Positions 40,112 to 47,845 of a stretch of DNA of 64,000 nucleotides are shown here, one piece after another. The notes under the pieces were generated by a model that was not told the DNA's origin, ran no database searches, and saw nothing but the letters and a program-made list of their open reading frames with translations. Numbering within the stretch: position 1 is the first letter of the stretch; each line of letters opens with the position of its first letter. Origin of the DNA: Bacteroidota bacterium. Lineage in GTDB: Bacteria > Bacteroidota > Bacteroidia > UKL13-3. The stretch lies in assembly GCA_027488905.1 (NCBI GenBank), contig JAIYAT010000010.1, positions 21,061 through 85,060 on the forward strand. Direction: 5' to 3'. The translations under genes and the position numbers were made by a program.

Positions 40112-40233
40112 GTTTGACAGCTAATCGCAGATGGCCCAATTGCGGACCATTCTTCGTGATAGCAGCTTATCAAATATAGAAAAATTTCGCCTAAGAACAA
40201 CTAGGGCCATTTGTATTTAGGTGATGTTATGCC
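40112..40233. repeat. attC-like site (family B, left end truncated)
   Basis: ...AGCTAATCGCAGATGGCCCAATTGCGGACC ... GGGCCATTTGTATTTAGGTGATGTTATGCC; near-identical to copy at 41599. Confidence 0.4.
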
Positions 40234-40243
40234 TAGTTAATTT

Positions 40244-40915
40244 TTAAAGAATCATTGGTGCCATATTGAAATTTGTGTCTAATTTTTTATTTCCAATGGA
40301 GTCAAACATTTGGAATTTCCCGTTTAATAATGAACCGCCACCTACTTTATTATTATAATAAGGTTTCTTATACAATTTCCAGTTTTCTATAGTATTAATT
40401 TTCCCATTTTTAAAGTAACTTTTAAGGACACCTGATGGCAACCCCGTATTGTAATTATTCAACCGAATATATGTGCCCTCAAACCAAATATTTCCGTTCT
40501 CATATGGTACTTTTACATAGACACTATCCTCGTATATAATGATACCTTTCAGAGCAAATGCTTTAGTATAGTATGGATGAGTGTTGTTAAAATATTCTGG
40601 AATAACTGACCATTGTATCTTGCCATTTTTAAAAAGAGCTAATGAAACTAATTTGTTCTTTTGTGAGAAATGGAATATTTTGGAAATACTATCTAGCTCA
40701 TTGTCTTTATAAAATACTTCTCTGATTTCATTATTTAAAGAGTCATTTATTTTCCATAATCCTTGTTTTAATCCTTTTTCATCTATAAAGTTAATTTCAG
40801 TCTTTATTTTAATATTACTTATTGAATCGGCAATTGGAATTTGTTGATTTTTAGCGTCCTTTCCTTGGTTAAAACAAGAGGAAATGAATAATATTATTAT
40901 GTAATGAAATTTCAT
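40244..40915 (-). CDS. Lipoprotein with MORN-variant (YwqK-like) repeats
   Basis: Lipobox SSC; repeated ...KNGKI...G.W..Y..NG units. Confidence 0.45.
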   Translation of the reverse strand: MKFHYIIILFISSCFNQGKDAKNQQIPIADSISNIKIKTEINFIDEKGLKQGLWKINDSLNNEIREVFYKDNELDSISKIFHFSQKNKLVSLALFKNGKIQWSVIPEYFNNTHPYYTKAFALKGIIIYEDSVYVKVPYENGNIWFEGTYIRLNNYNTGLPSGVLKSYFKNGKINTIENWKLYKKPYYNNKVGGGSLLNGKFQMFDSIGNKKLDTNFNMAPMIL

Positions 40916-40924
40916 CTTATAAAT

Positions 40925-41080
40925 TGGGCATTACGCTGTTTGTGTTCTTGGCGCAGTAAGGGAATGGTTACCACAAATTCGCTCAAGCACTTTACCCCAA
41001 AAATAAACTTTTCTGCCGTTACTTTTTCCTTTTATTCCAATGCCCTTATTGTGTCAAACGTGTCTTATGTGCTGTTATTT
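40925..41080. repeat. attC-like site (family A)
   Basis: gggcattacgctgtttgtgttcTTGGCGCAGTAAGG ... internal conserved block ... gtcaaacgtgtcttatgtgctgtt. Confidence 0.45.
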
Positions 41081-41578
41081 TTGCATGATTACATTTCTTT
41101 CTAGCTCTTTAAATAATGTCCACATATTTGTGACTTTGTTATAAAAGAACTTAGTTACTCGAACGTCCATTAAGGCTTGAGTTTGAAACAAAAAGTCCGA
41201 ATAAATGTCTTCTCTCCATTGAACAATATCTCCACTAATTATGACTTCTATTGTGTCGGTTTTTAGTACTTTGCGATAAATATTGTAAATGTATCTGCCG
41301 CTGTCCGCATTGTCTCCTTGGCATATGGCTTGTCTTGGTGTCTGATGTGCAATGAACCTAAAATGGTTTTGCCCGACTTTTCCATTTAGTAAAGTGGAAT
41401 CCAAGTCTGTCCGCATAATAATATAGCCATACCTCTTTTGGTCTTGATGGATAGATGAGTCAGAAAAATATTTTCTAATTGTCATATTATAAAGTCTTGA
41501 CAAATCTTTTTCAGTAGGCTTTTGACCAAAAGAAATTGTTGCCAACAAGATTGCTAGAATTAACATAAATTTAGGCAT
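41075..41578 (-). CDS. Hypothetical secreted protein (cassette ORF)
   Basis: Signal peptide MPKFMLILAILLATISFG. Confidence 0.35.
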   Translation of the reverse strand: MPKFMLILAILLATISFGQKPTEKDLSRLYNMTIRKYFSDSSIHQDQKRYGYIIMRTDLDSTLLNGKVGQNHFRFIAHQTPRQAICQGDNADSGRYIYNIYRKVLKTDTIEVIISGDIVQWREDIYSDFLFQTQALMDVRVTKFFYNKVTNMWTLFKELERNVIMQK

Positions 41579-41598
41579 ATTTTGTCGTCATTATAATA

Positions 41599-41732
41599 GC
41601 CACTAACGTTTAATTGCTAACCGCAGATGGCCCAATTGCGGACCATTCTTCATGATAGCAGCTTATCAAATATAGAAAATTATTCATAGCGAACAACCGA
41701 AGGGCCATTTGCGGTTAGGTGTTGTTAGCGGC
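41599..41732. repeat. attC-like site (family B, complete)
   Basis: GCCACTAACgtttaattGCTAACCGCAGATGGCC ... GGCCATTTGCGGTTAGGtgttGTTAGCGGC, clear inverted arms. Confidence 0.5.
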
Positions 41733-41780
41733 TGTTTTTTCTTTATTCCGAAGGTGTGTTGTTGAATGCACACACATAGT

Positions 41781-42368
41781 TTATTCAATGTTTGATAAAT
41801 CTAAATAATCTCCGCTGTCATGCCCTATGGCTACAAATAATTTCTCATTGCTTGTCAAAAAGAGTTTCCTGTTGAGTTTCGTTCTGATAATTTCATCAAA
41901 TGTCAACGAACAATAAGCTAGCGGTAAAATCCAGTCGAGGAATTCATAATTGTCTTTGTCAGTTCTTGCTATGTCTTCAATTTGTTGTAGCAAAGTTGGC
42001 TGAGCATAACTATTCTCTGGAACATAAATTGGGTCTAAAGCCCAATCTAAATCATCCTTTTCATACTTGTCCGCACCTGCTAAATAAATTGTTGGAATTT
42101 CTTTTTCATTATCCTCAAATTTTATAATACCTATCCAAAGCGCAACAACACTGCTTGGAAGCGGCGAGATTGTTACAAGATTTTGAAGCCATTCAAGAAT
42201 ATCTGCTTGTTCTTTGTCAATATCTAAATTTCGCAAGGCAGTCCAGTAAGGTTTAGGATTTGTGCTTTCGTGATTGTCAATAAAACTATTCCAAGCATCT
42301 TTTGCAGTTAGTTTTGCAGCGAAAATCGATGTCAAGCTATCCCAAGATTTGTCATGTTGAAATTCCAT
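41781..42368 (-). CDS. Hypothetical cytoplasmic protein (cassette ORF)
   Basis: ORF only. Confidence 0.35.
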   Translation of the reverse strand: MEFQHDKSWDSLTSIFAAKLTAKDAWNSFIDNHESTNPKPYWTALRNLDIDKEQADILEWLQNLVTISPLPSSVVALWIGIIKFEDNEKEIPTIYLAGADKYEKDDLDWALDPIYVPENSYAQPTLLQQIEDIARTDKDNYEFLDWILPLAYCSLTFDEIIRTKLNRKLFLTSNEKLFVAIGHDSGDYLDLSNIE

Positions 42369-42418
42369 ATCAGTTTTTTTCTGCTATCAGTTTAATGTTT
42401 GCACGATGATCCTATAAT

Positions 42419-42565
42419 AGCCGCCAATGTTTGTGTTCTTGGCGCAGTAAGGGAATGATTAGCACAAATTTCGCTCTTGCGCTTTAAGCCAAAAATAAAC
42501 TTTTCTGCCTTTTCTTTTTCCTTTTATTCTTAAGCCCTTATTGCCGCCAAACGCGTGTCGGCAGT
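42419..42565. repeat. attC-like site (family A)
   Basis: tagccgccaatgtttgtgttcTTGGCGCAGTAAGG ... gccgccaaacgcgtgtcggcag. Confidence 0.45.
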
Positions 42566-42573
42566 AGTGCTTA

Positions 42574-42993
42574 TTAGTCGGGTTTATTATTTTCCCAATA
42601 TTCTTTTGGTGTTACAATTTTGGTCTTTTTATAGGTCGAAAATGTAAAGTCATTTGTATTTCCAGTAATAACAAAGTTGGCTATGCTTTCGTCAGCAAGT
42701 TCCAAAATTTTATTATCATCAACATCAGAAATCAAGTCAAGTTTTATTCTCGGATGAAATTTAGTTGCCCTACTTTCAATATCCACAAGAAGAGATTCTG
42801 CCCGTATAAAAAAGTCTTGAAATTTCGCAAACTTTGGTCGAGCTAACACCTCATAATACTCGGCCATTAATTCTTCAGAAATACATAGTTGGAACTTGTT
42901 CTCCAGAAAAAGGTCGTTAATAATCTGGTTTGGATAACTTTTTTGAATTAAAGCTGAAACAATAACATTCGTGTCAATTACGATTTTTTGCAT
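42574..42993 (-). CDS. vapC: PIN-domain toxin (VapC-like)
   Basis: N-terminal IVIDTNVIVSAL with acidic residues spaced as in PIN domains; 139 aa. Confidence 0.7.
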   Translation of the reverse strand: MQKIVIDTNVIVSALIQKSYPNQIINDLFLENKFQLCISEELMAEYYEVLARPKFAKFQDFFIRAESLLVDIESRATKFHPRIKLDLISDVDDNKILELADESIANFVITGNTNDFTFSTYKKTKIVTPKEYWENNKPD

Positions 42994-43225
42994 TATGTCT
43001 AACAGCTTTTACTTCATTTGTTATTTCGTCAATATCCATATTAGAAAGACCATATTTTTCAGCGAGCTGAATGCATTTGTTTAGATTTTGACGAGTCAAT
43101 TCTTTACTCACAAGGTCGATAAAGTCTGTAAAATTTAGGTTGTCGTTTTTAATGCCGAATTTACTATACTCAAGGTCGGATATTGAAATATTCAAGGTTC
43201 TCATTTTTTTTATATCTATATTCAA
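42974..43225 (-). CDS. Putative antitoxin partner of the PIN toxin
   Basis: 83-aa ORF overlapping the PIN gene start by 20 nt. Confidence 0.45.
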   Translation of the reverse strand: MNIDIKKMRTLNISISDLEYSKFGIKNDNLNFTDFIDLVSKELTRQNLNKCIQLAEKYGLSNMDIDEITNEVKAVRHNAKNRN

Positions 43226-43289
43226 AAATAAGAAAAAATATTTGGGTTTAAGAAGGTCTTATTTTTTTGCAAATTTAAATAGCATTACT

Positions 43290-43419
43290 GCCAACGTTTT
43301 CGGGCTTGGCGAAGGTGGCGATTTTCACCACAAATGTTGATGCGGAAAACCAAACTTTGATTAACCACAAATGTGTCTGCGGAGCACTGAACCGCCACTT
43401 TTGCCAAACCCGTGTTACC
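43290..43419. repeat. attC-like site (family C2)
   Basis: GCCAACgttttcgggcTTGGCGAAGGTGGCG ... CGCCACTTTTGCCAAacccgtGTTACCT; 10/6 loop. Confidence 0.5.
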
Positions 43420-43429
43420 TGCTGCCCTT

Positions 43430-44248
43430 TTAGTTTTCATTCGTTATAAGTGAAAATTTTCCGTTGTTTAGTAAGGTCTTGATGTTGTCTAAAATTTGGT
43501 TGGGTGCGTAATAGTTTGGATGACTTTGAAAAATAGCAGCGTCATTCATTATAGCTTCTATTTCTTGTTTTGTCTGCTCTACTTGTCCCTTGTCGGCAAA
43601 TTTAAGGGAATTGGGTTTGAACCAATCCACTTCAATACAATAGTTGATTTGCTTTGAACAACGACAAGGATTTTTGGGGTCATAAATACCACATTGTTTT
43701 GCCATAAAAGCCCTTATTTGTTGTCGTGCTAAGGAAAGTCTTTTTCTGAACGTTGTTGGTTCAATGTCAAGAATGTATGCCCCTTCATTACTGTCAAACT
43801 CCAAGATTTCTCCAACCAAATATGCCAAACGTAACGTTCTCGACACACAAATTAGCATACTAGTACTACAAGCAATTTTTACTTCTTCTTCCAATAAGTT
43901 TGCATCGGCTTTTTCGTAGGCTGGGTAAGTTGCACCAACTTTAAGATGGTACTCGCCTTCTTCAAAGGTGAGGTTTTCAATTTCGGTTCTTTTCATATTC
44001 AGCAAATAGTTAGTTGCTACCCTATACACCCAGGTGGTAAAGCTACTTTCACCTTTGAATTTGGAAAGGTTGGTCAACACCTTCAAAAGAATTTCTTGTG
44101 TAGCATCTTCCGCATCCATCGGATTCCAGAGGTAACGAACAGATAAATTGTATACATTTCGCTGAATGCACCTTATCAGTATTTCAATGGATTTTTTATC
44201 ACCATTCAGGCAATTCTCTATGAGTTCTATGTAGTTTATTTTTTCCAT
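43430..44248 (-). CDS. Sigma-70-family (ECF-like) sigma factor with ~90-aa Cys-containing C-terminal extension
   Basis: Region 2 (DAEDATQEILLKVLTNLSKFKGESSFTTWVYRVATNYLLN), region 4 HTH, then CGIYDPKNPCRCSKQINYC extension. Confidence 0.65.
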   Translation of the reverse strand: MEKINYIELIENCLNGDKKSIEILIRCIQRNVYNLSVRYLWNPMDAEDATQEILLKVLTNLSKFKGESSFTTWVYRVATNYLLNMKRTEIENLTFEEGEYHLKVGATYPAYEKADANLLEEEVKIACSTSMLICVSRTLRLAYLVGEILEFDSNEGAYILDIEPTTFRKRLSLARQQIRAFMAKQCGIYDPKNPCRCSKQINYCIEVDWFKPNSLKFADKGQVEQTKQEIEAIMNDAAIFQSHPNYYAPNQILDNIKTLLNNGKFSLITNEN

Positions 44249-44278
44249 TCTCCGAACCAGTACTTATTAAATACAAAA

Positions 44279-44629
44279 CTAAGTAGCATAATAGAATTTT
44301 TCTTTCACTATCAAACCATTTTCCCAATGTCTTACTGCTACTTCAGGATAAATAATTTTTTCGCTCTGCTCATTGGTATAATCAAAAAGGACTTCCTGAA
44401 TGCTCAGATTTTCACCATACGCCACGCTTAAAACTTTGAGTTTTAAGTCGGGAAATGCCTCTACAAAACCACCACACTGTTCACGATTGAAGTATTTGCC
44501 CACTCGTGGTTCGGTTTCGTTTTCCTGCATCGTTATATTTTCAGCATAGAAAAGCTCAAATGCTTCCATTGCTTTACCTTGCTCAATCATTGTGTTGAGC
44601 TGCTCATTGTTGTGTTTAAAATTACTCAT
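44279..44629 (-). CDS. NTF2/SnoaL-like small protein
   Basis: 116 aa, composition and C-terminal W..G.I.KE.FYY pattern typical of SnoaL-like folds. Confidence 0.4.
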   Translation of the reverse strand: MSNFKHNNEQLNTMIEQGKAMEAFELFYAENITMQENETEPRVGKYFNREQCGGFVEAFPDLKLKVLSVAYGENLSIQEVLFDYTNEQSEKIIYPEVAVRHWENGLIVKEKFYYAT

Positions 44630-44649
44630 TTTTTAAAATTTCGATGTGA

Positions 44650-45300
44650 TTAATTAAAAGTTTTTCGCAGAAATAAACCAGCATTCGGGTTGAATGTTGT
44701 TTCCAATTCATTGCTAACAGGGTTTCTAAATGTCGGTATTTGCGTGTCGCACCCAATGCCAAACTGAAATCCTTTATGCTCAAGTCCGAGCCTTATTTGC
44801 TGAAAACTGAAGTTGTGTTGCTGGAAATTAAAGTTAGTGCTAAAAGTGAGTTGAGAAAAGAATTTCAGTTTTTTAGTCAATTTAGGGTTATACACTAAAA
44901 GTCCAAACATTTCGTAGTTTGGTTTATTGGTCAATTCAATGGTCGGGAAAACATTAAGGTACAAGTCTCCTTTTTCATTGAAGTATTGCAAAGAAATTGC
45001 TGCAATTGGAACAAAGCCTTGATTTGTCATATACCCCCCCGTTGCAACACCAACGTATTGATTAAAATTAAACGTTGCAACAGAGTAAATAAATGGGTCA
45101 ACTGTTGACCTATCCTTGTAGTCAACAGTAAAATAAGTCAGGTTAAAAAAGCTGACGATACCAAGAGAGTCAATGGGTTTAGAAATAAGGATTTCGTGTT
45201 GAGCCTTTTTGTGTCCGCCAAAGACTTCGCCATAAATGATTTGTGCTTGCAAGGTCTGGCTTAGAAATGCCAAAATGAGAATTAAGAAAATTTGCTTCAT
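44650..45300 (-). CDS. Hypothetical outer-membrane beta-barrel protein (start at MKQIF; ORF track gives 45492)
   Basis: Signal peptide then beta-rich sequence ending in F. Confidence 0.4.
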   Translation of the reverse strand: MKQIFLILILAFLSQTLQAQIIYGEVFGGHKKAQHEILISKPIDSLGIVSFFNLTYFTVDYKDRSTVDPFIYSVATFNFNQYVGVATGGYMTNQGFVPIAAISLQYFNEKGDLYLNVFPTIELTNKPNYEMFGLLVYNPKLTKKLKFFSQLTFSTNFNFQQHNFSFQQIRLGLEHKGFQFGIGCDTQIPTFRNPVSNELETTFNPNAGLFLRKTFN

Positions 45301-45519
45301 ACTTGTCTGAATAAACTGTTTTGTCCATTTGACACAATTCAACCTACAAGTGTGAAGTGAAATTTGAAATTTTTTTGAGGTTTGTCGTTTAGGGTTGCAG
45401 GTAACTCTTTTACTTGCGAAGCAAAATACTAAATTAAGGTTAATTATTGTGAAATTGCCGATGGAAATTATCGTTTTATTGAAAGTTAGCAATTGATTAA
45501 TTTAGGTTCAGAAAGGCTC

Positions 45520-45756
45520 CTAACTCTCCAATACACCCGCACTCACACCCACACTCTTGCTCACACTCACACTCTTGCTTTTCACTCTTTCTCTTCCCTC
45601 TTTCTCTTCCCTCTTTTTCTTCCCTCTTGCTCCATACTGCTTATGTACCCCGCAATCAGTTTGGAGTGTGAGTCTTGAGCAAGAGTTTACGCACTTAATG
45701 AGAGTCTTCCAAAGCACTCTTTCTCCTCCCTCTTGCTCCATACTGCTTAGGTACCC
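45520..45756. repeat. Polypyrimidine (CT / CA-CT) low-complexity tract with ~45-bp internal direct repeat
   Basis: cactcacacccacactcttgctcacactcacactc... ctctttctcttccct units; ctcttgctccatactgctta(t/g)gtacccc occurs twice. Confidence 0.8.
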
Positions 45757-45758
45757 CC

Positions 45759-46022
45759 TTGGATTATCGTGATTACCCCCTTGGATTAACATGGACACCC
45801 GCTTGGATTAACATGGTTACCCCCTTGGATTAACATGGTTACCCCCTTGGATTAACATGGGTACCCGCTTGGATTAACATAGGTACCCGCTTGGATTAAC
45901 ATGGGTACCTGCTTGGATTAACATGGGTACCCCCTTGGATTAACATGGGTACCTGCTTGGATTAACATAGGTACCCGCTTGGAGCATCGTGGGTACCCCC
46001 TTGGTGTAACATATATAAGAAG
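45759..46022. repeat. 22-bp tandem direct repeat, ~12 copies (consensus TTGGATTAACATGGGTACCCSC), iteron-like
   Basis: Units begin at 45759, 45781, 45803 ... 46001 with exact 22-bp phasing; terminal copies degenerate. Confidence 0.9.
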
Positions 46023-46065
46023 GGGAAGCATAAAGTAGATTGTGTAAACTTGTGTAAGATTTGGT

Positions 46066-46100
46066 ACAAAAAAAGTCATCCCCGAAACTGGAGATGACTT
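46066..46100 (-). terminator. Rho-independent terminator for the 46126..46962 gene
   Basis: AAGTCATCCCC / GGAGATGACTT stem (one mismatch) with 6-nt loop, followed on the minus strand by a T7 run. Confidence 0.5.
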
Positions 46101-46125
46101 GCTAAGGGTTGATAACTAAGCTTAT

Positions 46126-46962
46126 TTATAAGCCGATTTTACTGAAAAATTTAAATGGTATTACCTGATGATGTTCTGAACTGGTTCTGCCAAATGTACC
46201 ACGGATATTTGCTTTCACTTGGCGGCCTAATATGATGATTCCGTTTTCTTCATTATAAAATAGTACATCGCGTTTGTGACGCGCATAGGTTAGGGTATTC
46301 TCTAAAGCATTTACCTCATCATTTATCTGCTCCAATTTTAACTGATAGGCTTTTAGGGCTGCTATCTCGAGTTCGCTTTGGTTGGGTTTATAATTGGGTA
46401 TCATTTCTAGAAACTCAATAAACTGCAAAAAGTCTTCTGCTCTTTTTTCTAAGGTAAGATAGGCTCCTATGTGTTTGCTTGGTTTAGACTCACCTGTTTC
46501 AGCGGGTGCCGATTGCTTTTTGTTATAGCCCTTAATTTGTTTAACCACCAAGTATAGGTCATGGTAAAGGCTTTTGTCTACCCCCTGCGATTGCAGCATG
46601 TCTAGTATCCTACTGAGCATCTGGTTTTGGTCCTTGAATAGGTTCAACCTACGCGTAGTGGCATTTAAATAATCCGTTTCTGCATCACTTACCTTTTTAA
46701 TGGCCATTCGACTCTGTGAAAGGAAGTCTTCCAGAGTGGCTAGGCTTAGGTTGGGGTTAGAAGGGTTGTAGGCGGTACCGAATTTCTTCACTACATCAAT
46801 CAAACCAGAGAAATTGTTCATTTTAGCTGTAAAGCTAGATAGATTGTGCTTGTTCATATTTTTATGTATTAATAATGACACTGCAAGTATTGACATAAAA
46901 GGCTGAACAGTAAAGGCTAAATAGTTTGATATTACGCAGATACAAGCTATGTTCTTGCGCAA
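46126..46962 (-). CDS. Hypothetical protein adjacent to the 22-bp repeat array (start uncertain)
   Basis: ORF only; no tyrosine-recombinase or Rep motifs recognised. Confidence 0.4.
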   Translation of the reverse strand: MRKNIACICVISNYLAFTVQPFMSILAVSLLIHKNMNKHNLSSFTAKMNNFSGLIDVVKKFGTAYNPSNPNLSLATLEDFLSQSRMAIKKVSDAETDYLNATTRRLNLFKDQNQMLSRILDMLQSQGVDKSLYHDLYLVVKQIKGYNKKQSAPAETGESKPSKHIGAYLTLEKRAEDFLQFIEFLEMIPNYKPNQSELEIAALKAYQLKLEQINDEVNALENTLTYARHKRDVLFYNEENGIIILGRQVKANIRGTFGRTSSEHHQVIPFKFFSKIGL

Positions 46963-47145
46963 ATTGCATATGCAAGGACAATATCCTAGGCAAACACCCT
47001 TTCATTTGCATATTTCGCAAATAAACCAGCACTTAATTTGCACTACACCCAAATGGAAAGTAATTTTTTTACACCAAATGCAATTTTATTTTGGGCAAAT
47101 TGGGGAGTTGAAGCAGACCATGGTCCATCGACAATGGTCCATGGT

Positions 47146-47685
47146 CTACTCCAACTCCCTTTTCTCAGCTGCCCTTTTTATTTCAAACAAACCTTCCTCA
47201 AAACCAGCCTCAGTTGATTTAATCTTGGAAGGGAGCATAAACCTAAAAATTGGGTTATAACCCACATCGCCAGAATCTACCCAAATTAGGTGCGTTTTAT
47301 TGGCCACAGGCTTAAAGTAAAAAGTAGCTTCGGAATGCATGGTGCCTTCATTGATGCTTAAATCATAATGAATCATTTCATTTTGTTGGCTCTTAGTTAT
47401 TTTAAACCTTCCAATCCCTACTAGGCCACCTCTAAAATACTGGGCCGCCCCTTGGCCGCTCTTCACTTTGCTATAAAAGCTAACCATAGAACTGTCTAGT
47501 TGGGTATTCCACGGACTCCAATCGGCCCAATTGCGAATGCTGTTCATGTAGGCATAAGTTTCATATACAGGCTTGTTAATAACCGTGCTGCGCTCTATAC
47601 GGTAGGTTTTAGGAAAAAGCAAGGAAACCAAAAACACCAATCCAACTAATCCTAAGATGGCCGCAAATATTCCAAATAATTTCAT
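47146..47685 (-). CDS. SRPBCC-superfamily (polyketide-cyclase-like) protein with N-terminal anchor
   Basis: N-terminal TM helix plus SRPBCC-like length and pattern. Confidence 0.5.
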   Translation of the reverse strand: MKLFGIFAAILGLVGLVFLVSLLFPKTYRIERSTVINKPVYETYAYMNSIRNWADWSPWNTQLDSSMVSFYSKVKSGQGAAQYFRGGLVGIGRFKITKSQQNEMIHYDLSINEGTMHSEATFYFKPVANKTHLIWVDSGDVGYNPIFRFMLPSKIKSTEAGFEEGLFEIKRAAEKRELE

Positions 47686-47845
47686 TTTGTATTAATTCTA
47701 ACTGGCGACGAAATTACATAAATCATTCAGATTTGAGTTCATCGCTTTTTTTAGTAGTTTCGTCTACAAATGTTTTGTAAACAGCCTCAGGCAGTTTAAC
47801 ATTGTATGGGTGATGGTACCTTTGACCTAAGATAATAATATAAAA

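Larger units (their letters stand above)
31640..45500 (-). mobile_element. Integron-type gene-cassette array (about 12 cassettes, coding strand minus); no integrase in window
   Basis: Regular alternation of minus-strand ORFs with attC-like inverted repeats carrying RYYYAAC/GTTRRRY cores; cargo typical of chromosomal integrons. Confidence 0.55.

Noticed and set aside
45493-45798. Three overlapping ORFs (45493..45678 +, 45557..45772 +, 45520..45798 -) in the ORF track
   Set aside because: They translate the CT-rich low-complexity tract and tandem repeats into repetitive peptides such as THTHTLAHTHTLA and SLFFFPL. There is no start context or coding signature, so they are spurious.
45759-46022. 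The 22-bp tandem repeat array as a CRISPR array
   Set aside because: Units are contiguous with no spacers and are only 22 bp long. No cas genes are nearby. The ~150-bp repeats in the cassette array are separated by whole genes of irregular length, so they are not CRISPR either.
46126-46962. The 278-aa protein next to the array as the integron integrase
   Set aside because: No recognisable tyrosine-recombinase R..H..R..Y motif pattern or IntI-specific insertion was seen by eye. It is kept as hypothetical, and a profile search is needed.
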